Shown: one piece after another, positions 12,641 through 24,554 of the stretch
Numbering within the stretch: position 1 is the stretch's first letter
Layout: each line of letters opens with the position of its first letter
The notes under the pieces: model-generated
What the model was told of the DNA's origin: nothing
Databases searched by the model: none
Seen by the model: the letters and a program-made list of their open reading frames with translations, nothing else
Source: Torpedo marmorata
Taxonomy: Eukaryota
Reading direction: 5' to 3'
Assembly: GCA_977017645.1 (NCBI GenBank)
Contig: OZ360229.1
Location: 78,182,001-78,246,000 of the forward strand
DNA length: 64,000 nucleotides
Translations under genes and position numbers: made by a program

Positions 12641-14510
12641 CTATGGAAAGAAAGGCAACAATAAATGAATTCATGTTCAAATGGTTTATGAAGCCTGAGA
12701 TGAACTGGCTTGCAGTATCATTCTGACTAAGAACACACGGTTCAATAAACCAAGGTAAGTGGCTGCACAGTTTTGTGGCAACTCAATAACCAAAAGGAAG
12801 CTTACAACACAGAGCATAAAGTTAACTTCAAAATGGGAAGCGAGGCCGTTGCATTTTCCTCTCAAACCGTCACTGTAGCTGAGTTAAGAGTATTTATAAA
12901 ATACGCGCACTCTCTTTAGAAATAAACAACTTTGCAGCTCAATAAAACCTTTTAACAACAGGAGAACTGAGAGCAGGATTAAGCCATGCAACCTCACGGG
13001 ACAGCACCTGTCATTCAAACTGGCCGATCCTGCCCTTTCGCTCCATTTCCCTTTATCTCTTGGTTCTCCTCGTATCCAGAATGATTTTAGTTAATTTGAT
13101 TCACATTGGAAAGTGTCTATTTGCTCCTGAAGTTGCTTTTAGAAAATGTAAAATATTAAAGCCGGATCTCAATGCTAAAAACATGAAGACCAAGACATAG
13201 GAAAGAGTTTGTGAAGCAGGTCCCTATGAACAAAAAAATTAGTGGCAGTAAATGTTGTTATTTCTTGCATTGAACTCACTCAGTCAAATAAATTTGCCTG
13301 GAATTTATTCCTAGTTGGGTAATCCAATATTACTTCATTGGTTGTCTGACGTTAAGTATTTACAAGTACCACAGGCCAGAAATAAGTTTCGAGGCAATAT
13401 AGTTTTAAATTACCTTTGAAAGGGGAACTAGTCTTTTCTTATTAGAAATCTGATGGATTTCTTGTACTAGCTGACAGATTTACTGGCCATAATGCATTTC
13501 ATCTACAGGAACAATATTTTTTGACCAATATGCCAGTGAAAAGGTGTCATAAAAGAATGATTTTTTTGGAAGAAACTGTAACCATAAAAAAAGTTTCTTC
13601 TGATAATGTAAAAAGCAAGAACATAATACCAGATGGGATAGATTTAAATCAAACAGCATTCTCCACATTCAGTGTTGTGTTACAGTCTTAATTTATCGAA
13701 GCTTCAAATCAGCAACAACTCCTTATCAAGAGCAAAGAACAACCCGCTGGAGGAACGGAGAGAAAAATGGTCCGGAACCCTTCATCAAGACTGTTCTCCC
13801 TCTGATGCTGATTGACCCACCGAGTCCCTCCAGTAGATTGTGTTTTGCTTCAGATTCCAGAATCTGCAGCCTCTCGTGTGTCTGCAATCTTTATTGGAAG
13901 GTCCTATCCCTTTGGTGCAATGCTTGATTCACAGTTGTCAGATTCCACATTGATCATAATTAAATATAACATACGTCAGGAACAAAACAGAGCCTACTTG
14001 TTTGTTCTTTACTTGAACAGGTTTCCTGGTCAATTTCAAGTAATTCCAATGAAGTGCTGTAGATGTAATGCAATGATATATAAACACATCTAATCTATAC
14101 TGCCTGGTCTGGTACAGTATGCAAGTTTTTTGTGATATTAATTTTGATTTTTTTTCTCCCACCAAAGCCCTCCAGAAAAAAAGAATAGAAATCCATCCAC
14201 TTGCTTCAAATTCAATTCAACATGGGATGCAGAAGGTAGAGAAGGACTTGACCAAGGTAGACAGAATTCTGAGAGGAACTGATAGGCTGGATAATTAGAG
14301 ACTTTTCCCCTCAGCAGAAGTGGAAGAGCGCATGGGTTTTGAGGAAGAACCCAGGGGGCTGTTGGAATCTGGACGCCACTGCCCGAGGAGGGTGTTGGCA
14401 ACAGGTACTCTGACAATATTCAAGTACTATTTAGAAGAGCACATGAATCACAAAAATATGGAAGGCATGAGTTGAGTGCTGGAAAATGGGAGAAGAATTT
14501 AAAATTTAAA

Positions 14511-14754
14511 TTTAGACATACAGCACGTAACAGGCCATTTCGGCCCACTCCGTGCCGCCCAATTTACACCCAATTAACCTACACCCCCGGTATGTTTCAA
14601 ATGGGGGGAGGAAACCGGAGCCCCTGGGGAAAAACCATGCAGACACGGGGAGAACGTACAAACTCCTTACAGACAGCGCGGGATTTGAACCCAAGTCCCG
14701 ATCGCTGCCGCTTTAAAGGTGTTGCGCTAATCGCTATGCCAACCGTGCCGCCCC
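14511..14754 (-). mobile_element. tRNA-derived V-SINE (HE1-like)
   Basis: tRNA-like head, V-domain gagtttgtacgttctccccgtgtctgcatgg, CR1-like tail ggcctgttac..gctgtatgtctaaa; several near-identical copies in the window. Confidence 0.9.
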
Positions 14755-14834
14755 AAATGGACAGGTGTGGACCCAGTGGGCCAACATGCTGCATGACCCA
14801 ATGAGCTCAAGTTAAAATCCAGAACTGTTTAGTA

Positions 14835-15210
14835 AAACACGAAAGTCTGCAGACACCGTGATTGAGGTAAAAACACAATGTTGGAGAAACTCAGCAGGTC
14901 AAACTGTGTACTTTACATAGCAAAGATAAAGATACATAACTAATGTTTTGGGTTTGAGCCCTTCATCAAGGTATGAGCAAAATGTAGGCAGGTGCCCAAA
15001 CAAAATGGTGGGGGAGGGGCAGGGAAGGAGCACAGTCCCAAGGGCAGGAGGTAATAGGCGGATAAGGGAGGGAAGGCACACCAGCTTACAGGGGGAGGGG
15101 GGTGGAGAGCTGGAGGAAAGAAGACAGAGGGATGGGGAAGAGAGGGAGAATGGGGAGTGGGCTAGTAGAAACCGGAGAAGTCAATATTAATGCCATCCGG
15201 TTGAAGAGTG
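14835..15210 (-). mobile_element. Penelope-like element 3' remnant
   Basis: Shares the end of the GIY-YIG ORF (QPDGINIDFS) and the cttgatgaagggctcaa..ccgaaacgtt..gacctgctgagtttctccagca tail with the copy at 48690-49300. Confidence 0.7.
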
Positions 15211-16469
15211 CTCAGAACTGTTTAGTCATGGGTTCAGTGGGCAGGAATATCAACCCTGGGTCTCCTTGCCAAATGGAGATCTTCACGCTCTCCTCCCTCC
15301 CCCCACTCCCCAGCTGCCCCTGGCTCACGAACAGGAACTCCAGCCCGTGCAGTGGTGCTCACTCTTTTCCCTGTCAGGCTGCATGGCTTGTAAACTAGCA
15401 CCGATGGCACAGTCTGCAATTTCAATACAGCTCTCTTAATTAGTGCCAAATATTACAGAAATTAGCCACCCGTGCAAAGTTTCTTCTTCACAATCACTTC
15501 CAGTACTACCTGACACAGCAAATATCAATAGTCACTGAAAATGAGTCGCTCATCCAACCGCACTGTGGTGAGGGCAGAGGTATTACATTGAGAGGAAATG
15601 AAGACAACCATTAAATATGAAACATTATATGAAGCAGAAGCAATTAAGTGAAATAACAGCAGACATCTGCTGTATGGTTCCATCTGCTTATTAGTTGAAA
15701 ACAAGCTGATCCATTCTGCTTCCATGAAATGACTCCAGCTCGAAACATGGCAGAGATGGCATCTCAATATGATCCACTGGTTTGGACTAAGGAACTATTT
15801 CTCTCTTTTCTTGCATCACTATCCACTTTTCAGACTTCTGACAGATGATTGCAACAGTATATTTCCTTCAGTTATATAAAACTTTGCAGGAAAGAGTATG
15901 TAGCTCACTTTTTGCTCGTACTTTGAAGAAGGGCTCAGGCCCAAAATGTTGGTTATATACCTTTACCTCCTATGGATACTGGTTATACTGTATATCCTTA
16001 CCTCCTATGGACGCTGCAAGACCTCCAGCATTTCTGTGTTTTTACTACAGTGCCTGCAGACTTTCGTGTTTCCCTCCCACGGAGCTCACTAATGGTGGGT
16101 TACAAGGTGTGATTTAAGTGAAGGATTGCAACTTTGCCCCTATCCAATAGAGAGCAAAAAGATGGGTTTTCATAGATTGGTATTTGCTTCATGTTATCAG
16201 TTGCTTGCATTTTGAACAGTTATTGTGTCTTCCTTCCTGTAAAATTGTTCGCATTTGGTTATACCTAATACTGAATCGCCTTGACTCTAACAAGGTCGGC
16301 AATAACTGCTTAGCTTTGAAGCCATTCATAAACCGGATCTACCTTTATTTATCCTCTGAAATGCACAGCAAGAACCCATTATAAATATAATGTCACTACC
16401 CAATCTTGTGCAGCCAACCATAACACCCTGCCAAGATAAAGGCATGCTTGACGTCAGACAACAGCTTGG

Positions 16470-16705
16470 TTTCTGTCAGCCTACTCCCGGTTCTCCCTCT
16501 CTTCCCCATTCCTCTGTCTTCTTTCCTCCAGCTCTCATCCCCTTCCCTCTCCATTCACAGAGACATTCCCCCTCCCTCTGTTTGCTAGTGTGCCCCCCCT
16601 CCTTTATCCACATATTACCTCTTGCCTGTGGGACTGTGCGACTCACCCTGTGCCTCTCTCCCCAAAATTTTGTTCGGGAGCCTGCCCACATTTTGTTCAT
16701 ATCTT
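16470..16705 (+). mobile_element. Penelope-derived repeat, left half (continues at 19263-19378; split by L1)
   Basis: Same sequence as the reverse complement of 14835-15200; resumes after the L1 with tgatgaagggttcaagcccgaaatgttgg. Confidence 0.75.
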
Positions 16706-19262
16706 TTTTTTATAAAAAATTTTTATTTAAAATTTTTGAATCACAAAATACATAAAATAAAATGCAAAATTAACAAAATACATGTGATACATTTTCAACC
16801 CCCCCCTCCCTCCCCACCTCCCTAACCCTCCCGCCCCTACTAATCTACTAAAAGAAAAAAGAAAAGAAAGAAAGAAAGAAAAAGATAGAGTAAGGAGAAT
16901 GTCAATCTAAAAAAGAACAACTATAAACTGATTTTATTGTGGAAGATAGGTTCGCCAGTCAGATCTGATATCCAGAGATCTTCAAATCCTTAAACCAACA
17001 GTTTTTATATATGGGCTCCATATTTTCAAAAAGAAATGATATTTATTACGTAAATTATAAGTAATTTTTTCAAGTGGTATACATGAATGAAGTTCTGCAT
17101 GCCATCTTTCTAACCCTAAATCTACATCAGATTTCCAAGTAATAGCAATGCATTTCTTAGAAACAGCTAAAGCAATTCGCAAAAATTCTATTTGATACAT
17201 ATTTAATTTCATCTTAATACTAATTCTTTTAATATCTCCAAACAAAAATATCATAGGGTCCATTGGAAGTGTAATACTCAATACTTTATCTAAAAATGTT
17301 TTAATTTTCAACCAAAAATCATATATCTTTGGACAAAACCATGTAGAATGTACAAAAGAACCTTCCTCTCCATTACATCTAAAACATAAACCTTTAATTT
17401 TTTAGGCGTTAAATATAATTGATGAAAGAAATTATATTGCACTAATCTATATCTAACGTTAATAATCTTCGTCATACTTTGTTTACATAATTCTTTCCAA
17501 TGTTCCTCATCTATTATTACATTCAAATCTGATTCCCATTTTAATCTTGATTTGTGAATTCCTAATTTAGGCATTTTTCTCTGTAACAATCTATACATTT
17601 GAGAAATAAATTTATTTACACCTCCATTAGTAACTAATAATTCCAGTTCACTCTGTCTTGGTAAAGTCAAACTAAAACCCAACTTCCCAACTAAAAATGC
17701 TCTAATTTGATAATAAGCAAAAAGTGTATTGTTCATTAAACTTTTCTTTCATTCTTTGAAAAGTAATAAATTTACTGGCTTCAAAACAATCATTTATTTT
17801 CTTAATTCCCTTTTGGAACCAAATTTTAAATAACTGATTATCAACAGTAAATGGAATAAGTTTATTTTGATATAAAGGCATTTTTGGAGAAATCGACCCT
17901 TTCCCTCCTATCTCCCTATCCACTCTATTCCATATTTCTAACAAATGTTTAAAAATAGGAGAATTCTTCTCTCTTGTTAATAATAATTTAGAATTCCATT
18001 TATAAATAACTTCTTCTTTCAAATCTTCTCCTATATTATTTAGTTCTATTCTAATCCAAGCAGAAGACTTACCTAAATCAAACATTTCATTAACAAATTT
18101 TAATTGAGCTGCTTTATCATAACTTTGAAAATTAGGAAGTTGTAAACCACCCATTTCATAATTCCAAGTTTACTTCTCCATACTTACTCTAGCCAACTTT
18201 CCTTTCCACAAAAACTTCCTAATAATTAAATTTAAATCCTTAAAGAATTTCGAAGGGATTTCGTAAGGAATTGATTGAAAAAGATATTGAATTCTTGGAA
18301 AGACATTCATTTTAATACAGTTTACCCTTCCTATTAAAGTTATAGGTAAATCCTTCCAACTTTCTAAATCTTTTTTAATTTTCATAAATAATGGTAAATA
18401 ATTTATTTTATATAAATTAGCTAATTTTGTATCAATCTTTATTCCCAAATATTTAATTCCTTCCTTTGACCGTTTAAATTGTGTAATTTCTTTACATTTA
18501 CTATAATCCCCTTGCGTCAATGCCATAATTTCACTTTTATCAGAATTAATCTTATAACCAGATATTTCCCCGTATTCTTTCAATAAAACATTCAATTGTA
18601 ATGAAGAAGTAATAGGTTTTGTCATATAAATCAATACATCATCTGCAAATAAACTGATTTTATGCTCTTCTCTTCCAACTTTAATACCTACAATCTTAAT
18701 ATCTTGTCTAATTAATTCTGCCAAAGGTTCTATTGCTAAAATAAACAATGCTGGCGACAAAGGACATCCTTGTCTAGTTGACCTGGTCAAAGAAAATTTT
18801 GAAGAAATTTGTCCATTTGTCACCACTTTAGCAGATGGTTCTTTATATATAGTTTTAATCCAATTAATAAATGTAGTTCCAAAACCAAATTTCCCCAATA
18901 CCTTAAATAAATAATTGCACTCTAATCTGTCAAAAGCCTTTTCAGCATCTAATGTTAATACTAATGCTAGGTCATTTTTTTTTTCCACATTAATTAAACT
19001 AATTAATCTAGCTATATTATCTTTTGAATATCTATTCTTAATAAAACCAGCTTGAACTACATGGATTAAATCATGGTAAATAATTAGCCACTCTATTTGC
19101 TAAAATTTTTGCCATTATCTTATAATCCACATTTAACAATGAAATTGATCTATATGATTCTGTTTTCAACACATCTCTATCTTTTTTAGGTATAACTGTA
19201 ATTATTGCATTCGAAAATGTTTCCGGTAACGAATGGTGATGAATGTCTTTATTATTTGGAAA
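16706..19262 (-). mobile_element. 5'-truncated L1-clade LINE (ORF2 RT and C-terminus, frameshifted)
   Basis: Motifs YRSISLLNVDYKI, LDAEKAFDR, TRQGCPLSPALF, LFADD across ORFs 16982-19292. A-rich tail at about 16706-16735; 16-bp TSD attttgttcatatctt at 16690-16705 and 19263-19278. Confidence 0.95.
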
Positions 19263-19663
19263 ATTTTGTTCATATCTTGATGAAGGGTTCAAGCCCGAAA
19301 TGTTGGTTATGTATCTTTATCTTTGCTATATGAAGTACACTGTTTGACCTGCTGAAATTCCCCAGCATTGTGTTTTTACGTCAGCCCATGTATCAGTTTC
19401 ACCACATCCTAGCTTTCTCAGATATTTTGGACTGTCCACAGGCTCTTTTCAGACATTCCTGAGAGTAAAATCCTTTTGTTTCAGAAGGCTCAAAATGCCT
19501 GTGACCACTGTCAATCCCCACACTTATACAAATGGGAGAAGTATCTCTCATTAATATACGAAAGTGTTGGAGAAACTCAGCAGATCCCACAGCGTGCAGG
19601 GGAGGTATCTCGCATGTCTGGTACCAGTAGCTCAAGGTAGTGGCATTGAATATTTTTTTTTAC

Positions 19664-19696
19664 CTGTGGATGATTTGAGTGATGGACATGAATAGT
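19664..19696 (-). CDS. NCAM1: Candidate NCAM1 hinge microexon (MSD1b/12B position), 33 nt
   Basis: tatcgag|ACTATTCATGTCCATCACTCAAATCATCCACAG|gtaaaa. Phase 1-1, open (xYSCPSLKSST), same length as chicken 12B. The GAG acceptor and pyrimidine tract are weak. Confidence 0.4.
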
Positions 19697-20043
19697 CTCG
19701 ATACAGATAATCAATTTAATTCCCTCCATCAATAACATCTTAGCAGGACAGAAAGAGTAGGATCTCAGTTTTACTCCCTTGAGACTCAATCACTCATTCT
19801 AATTTTCACTGCTCCTTTGAATAATAACATCATTAGAATAAGATTCACCGAGAGCAGATTCCTCGAACAAATGAATTAGCAACTAATTGACAGATGCAGA
19901 GCAGACATCCAGTACAAATCAAGCTGGAAATTGGAGCAAGCAACAAAAGCAATCATTTAAATAATTCATGTTTATGTGCATAAAGTTGGTGGATTTTGTG
20001 AAGGATATGACATTTTGGGGAATTGCAAATGTTTTTACTTGAA

Positions 20044-20974
20044 CGTTACACCAGTGTCAGTACATCAGGGGAAATATTATATTAACTGTTGCAAGCTCCT
20101 GTTTTAATTAGTGAGCTCACTTTGGGGGTTGGTGTAGGCTGCAAACCATACACAGTTTTCACAACATTTACAGACAGCCTGGCACCATTGAGTCCAAACT
20201 ATAAACAAAGGATGCGCTCAACTAAGAACCCAGAACAATGGATGTTTACTCAAGGAGAAACAGATGGTGAGAGAGAAGTGATATGATTATGACTCGTGTT
20301 TGAGACTTAAACAGAAACAGATTTCAGTATTGATCAGCAAGTGATCTGAAAACACAGAGGTTGGAATGGCTCTATGAAATGGACAATTCGGATAATTCTC
20401 CTTGTCAGGGGAATTATTGTTGAGCCACTGAGACCATTGTAATGGTCATTTTGATTGACCCATATCTGGGTAAAGGAAGCAGGAGAATTGCTTCATTTGG
20501 ATCGTGACCATCGTGATGGTCATTTCGTCTGACCCTTTCCTGGGTTTTTGGAAGCATCGTGGAAGTCACATGTTTCGTTTCCCTTATGCAAGGAAGAGGG
20601 GAGTTGTGACAATCATTCGTATGAAAGAACATTTCTCTGGAAGCAACTCGACAAGGATTCATGAGTTTTGAGCAGTCTGATTACTCAGTGTCTCACCTAC
20701 TTCGTAATTACTTCTGAACATCAGTTTAAAAGTCTGAGATTCAACACAGGATTTCAAAGACTGAACTTTGGGAATTGACTTTCCGGAATTGTGCCTAAGC
20801 TGTAATGGTTTGTGTAAAACCCACACACACACACATAGGTATATTTGCGCATAGTTGGGGTTAAGTTTAGATTTAAGTAAGATGTTATATTATTAGTAAT
20901 TATTAATAAAAATATTGTTTTAAAAATAACATTGTCTTGGTGAATTTCTATTGCTGCTGGTCTGTGACGTAACA
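20044..20974 (+). mobile_element. Probable solo LTR
   Basis: (c)gttaca ... gtaaca ends; (AC)n, AATAAA and ttgctgctgg near the 3' end; same layout as 30974-31915. No clear TSD. Confidence 0.5.
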
Positions 20975-23379
20975 TAAGAAATAACTGATCAGTTGTGTTG
21001 AATGGGATATGTGTGGGGATGTTAAACAACGATGTCCTAATCTGTCAATTGGTTCCCAAGAACTGGTTAACTCCTGTACTCCCCGTGATTAACTGAATAA
21101 AACGTGTGAAAAAAATGTCACCTCTTGGATTAACTGACGAACACCAACTTTTAGTAATTTCATTGTGAAAATGATTTAAAGCATTCAGATTTTAATTGAA
21201 ATCATCTTTCTCCACAATGAAGGAGACCATGAAAACGTTTATCACATTCACTCCTTCCATTTCCCATCAGGCAATGAATCTGGAGTAAGAAAGCTTGCAG
21301 AGATAGGGAAAGAAAAGGGCAATTGGACAGTTTCTGAGTTGCCGTCTCCATGTTTTCTACCGCCTACTCCTGTCTTCCGACTCCTGCCTCCCCATCACCA
21401 CCATTCCTCACAACTAGTTCTTGATGCGCTGCTCTCCCACTGACAACCCACACCCACCTGCCACTTCATCACTGCGATCTGCCTTGTTGCTAAGGATAAG
21501 GCCACCTGGTCAAACACAATTTTTGAGAGTGGTTATATTCATTTCAGATACTCTGACAATATCGCACCCATTAAGTTGATGGGGATGCTCAGAGCAAAAA
21601 TGGAAGAAATATTCAATTCTAACCATTAAAGTCTTTGCGCTTTTTTCTTGCTGATCTTTCGCTATTTAAAAAAATGTGACTGTTGTTAGGTACAAATTGT
21701 TGCCCTGTTTCAGTAATCTCTTCTCCACTCCCATACAATCCTCTGGCAGTCTCTGCATGCCTTCAGTTCTAGTCTGATTACCTCAGCTCTTAATGATTCC
21801 AGCCCCAAGCTGTCAGGTCTCAACACTCCCTCCCTGAACCTCCCCTCCTTTCTCTCTCCTCCGCTGTGTTATTGCTTGAAACATATCGCCATGACCAACA
21901 GTGTTGTAACCTCTCCCAATACCTCCTTTATGGCTTGGTCTCAACAGGGCAGAGACCTGTGTTCCAATTAAATAAAGTGTGTAACTTACTGAATCAAAAC
22001 ACACCTTGCATTTATTTTTTTGACTAAACCTGCCATATGTTACAATTAATGAGTGCCAGACACAGTACAAACCACTGAAAAATTTGGTGAACATCAGGAT
22101 GGTAATGAAATACAATGTAAATAAGAAGTGATTGAAAATGAAATGAACCAGGAACCTACATCATTTCGATCAAACATAAATCACGTTTTTTGTTGTCTAA
22201 GATGTTTATAATGTAATGAGATAGTAAATTAGGCTTGAGGAAAAGCTAAAAAATGTTCACAACAGATTCGTCTTTGAAACATAACTCATTTACACTGACA
22301 GATGATGGTCATTGGTGTCAATAGCTGCAGTGAACTGTCTGACATGCAAATTGATTCTCATCATATAAATTTCTAAAGCATATATTAATAGAGTATGCCA
22401 AAGCATGAAATTGACTCAAAATGTTTTGGATTTCATCAGCATGTTCCAGATTTTTCCATTAATCTGTAAATGCAAAATAAAATATGTGGAAATTAAATAG
22501 CTTTTTATAGTGTATTTATCCAACGCAAATATGGGGCTGTCACAAAATAAAACTCCGGATTAGATTCGTGAAAGATCTCCATTCTAAATGCCTAGCTGTG
22601 GATCATTATGTGGAGAAAACTTTTGCTGTTTATTACAGTCCTTCTGTGAAGAGTGATTCCACTGGGTATATGCAAAAGTATTCAAGAGTTTCTTTTTCCC
22701 CACATTGAATGGATGCAATTGAATAGTAGTTCAGTTAGTGAACTTAGGAGGCCTGGACTAATGACAATGAAAGAGAGTTCAAATCCCATCACAGTAGCTA
22801 ATGAGTTTAATGAGTTACTCATAAAAAGGTAGACTAAAATCCCACCTCAGTAATGGAAATCAGAAAACTAACAGCTTGTCAAAAGATATCATCTGATTCA
22901 TAGCTGCCTTCACCATAGTGACATATTGCCCACTGCAGGGTGACTTGCAGACACCCTCTGAAATGGCCTTGTCAGACCCTTAAAGGGAAAAAGCCGGCCT
23001 TGGAAGCAATGCCCAAACCCTGTCAAAAAAGTAACATCCGGTTCACAGGCCCTGACATACCTTACCCCATTTCAACATGCAGCAAATCCCAGGAAAATAT
23101 TAAAAATCTATTAAAGCTTTCGTCTGCACATTGAAGGAAATTTGGCAAAGGTTTAGTAGACTGATTCCTGGAATAAAAGAGTTGCTTTCGAGGAAAGGTT
23201 GAGTCGTTTGGGCCAATGCTCAGAGGAATTTAGAAGAACGAGAGGTGAAACTCTCTTATTGTTAGGGGCGCCGGGCGGCACTAATGGTGAGTCTTTGTCA
23301 GGCAGAAGGCAATTTCGTGGAATATTACATGTTCTGTACTATTACATGACAATAAAGGAATCTTGACATCCTAATCTCA

Positions 23380-24010
23380 GGACAAGGGATTGCTCCAAGT
23401 ACCAAGTTTCTTGGAGTGCACTTGGCGGAGAGTCTCAGCTGGTCCCTAAATACCAGTTCCATAGTCAAGAAAGCCCAGCAGCGTCTTTACTTCCTGCGAA
23501 GACTGAGGAAAGTTCATCTCCCACCCCCTATCCTTACTACATTCTACAGGGGATGTATTGAGAGTATTCTGAGCAATTGCATCACCGCTTGGTTTGGTAA
23601 CTGTAGCACCTCGGACCGAAAGACCCTGCAGCAGATAGTGAGGGCAGCGGAGAAAATTATTGGAGTCTCTCTCCCCACCATGACAGACATCTACAACACA
23701 CGATGCACGAGTAAGGCTAAAAACATTGTGAAGGACTTATCACACCCCTTTGGTAAACTGTTTTCCCCTTTGCCATCTGGAAGGAGGTACCGAAGCACTC
23801 GGGCTCGTACGTCCAGACTGTGCAACAGTTTTTTCCCCCAAGCCATCAGGCTCCTCAATTCCTAGATATATATGTGTACTTGCATGCTATAGTTTTTTCT
23901 ATTGTATTATGATATTTATGTACATCTGCCCACGGTCCTGGAGAAACGCTATCTCGTCTTACTGTGTATATGGTAATAAACGACAAATAAAGGTGACTTA
24001 ACTTGACTTG
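23380..24010 (+). mobile_element. Rex1/Babar- or L2-like LINE 3' fragment
   Basis: ORF 23416..23865 (KFLGVHL..LSWSLNTSSIVKKAQQRLYFLRRLRK...SFFPQAIRLLN); AATAAA then (gactt)n tail. It interrupts a degraded CR1 fragment (about 23150-23250 and 24015-24250). Confidence 0.85.
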
Positions 24011-24554
24011 CTCATTTGAGACAGAGAAGAAATTCCTCCTCATCTCTAAGGTTTGTGAATCTTTGGAACTCTCTGCCGAGACTTGGCAGGTAGAATACCT
24101 GTGTACTGAAGGCTGAAGGAGATTACAGTATTTTGTCCACGGGTGAATCATGATTTGAGGCAATCAGGTGGGAAAATAGAGCTGACATCATGATCAAATG
24201 AACGACAGAGCAAGCTCGAGAGGAGCTTGGGTTGACTCATGCCTCAATTTTACTGCTGCTCCTCGGATTTCTGGCAATGAATGAATTAATTAGAGGGATC
24301 ACAGATCCCACTCATCCAATGCAAACAGGGCTGAGTGAGCGATTCCCACATCTAAATTCAGCTACTTTCACTCAGATTGCCATTAACTTTAATCCTTCTA
24401 CTTCGTAGGTAATTTACCTCATTCAGGATGGAAAGTAGCTTTTTGATGCAATAGTACAATTATGCTGACATTACATCAAGCACACTGGTGTAGTCCTGAC
24501 CTCAAGTGCTGCCTGCGTGGAGTTTGCATGTTCACCTTGTGACCACGTGGGTTT

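Noticed and set aside
21250-21292. Plus-strand microexon-like pattern (cccatcag|...|gtaaga)
   Set aside because: Wrong strand for NCAM1, 14 nt, and no other plus-strand exons support a gene.
21990-22004. 15-nt segment aag|GTGTGTTTTGATTCA|gtaagt on the minus strand (MSD1a-sized)
   Set aside because: Acceptor is preceded by an A-rich run rather than a pyrimidine tract.
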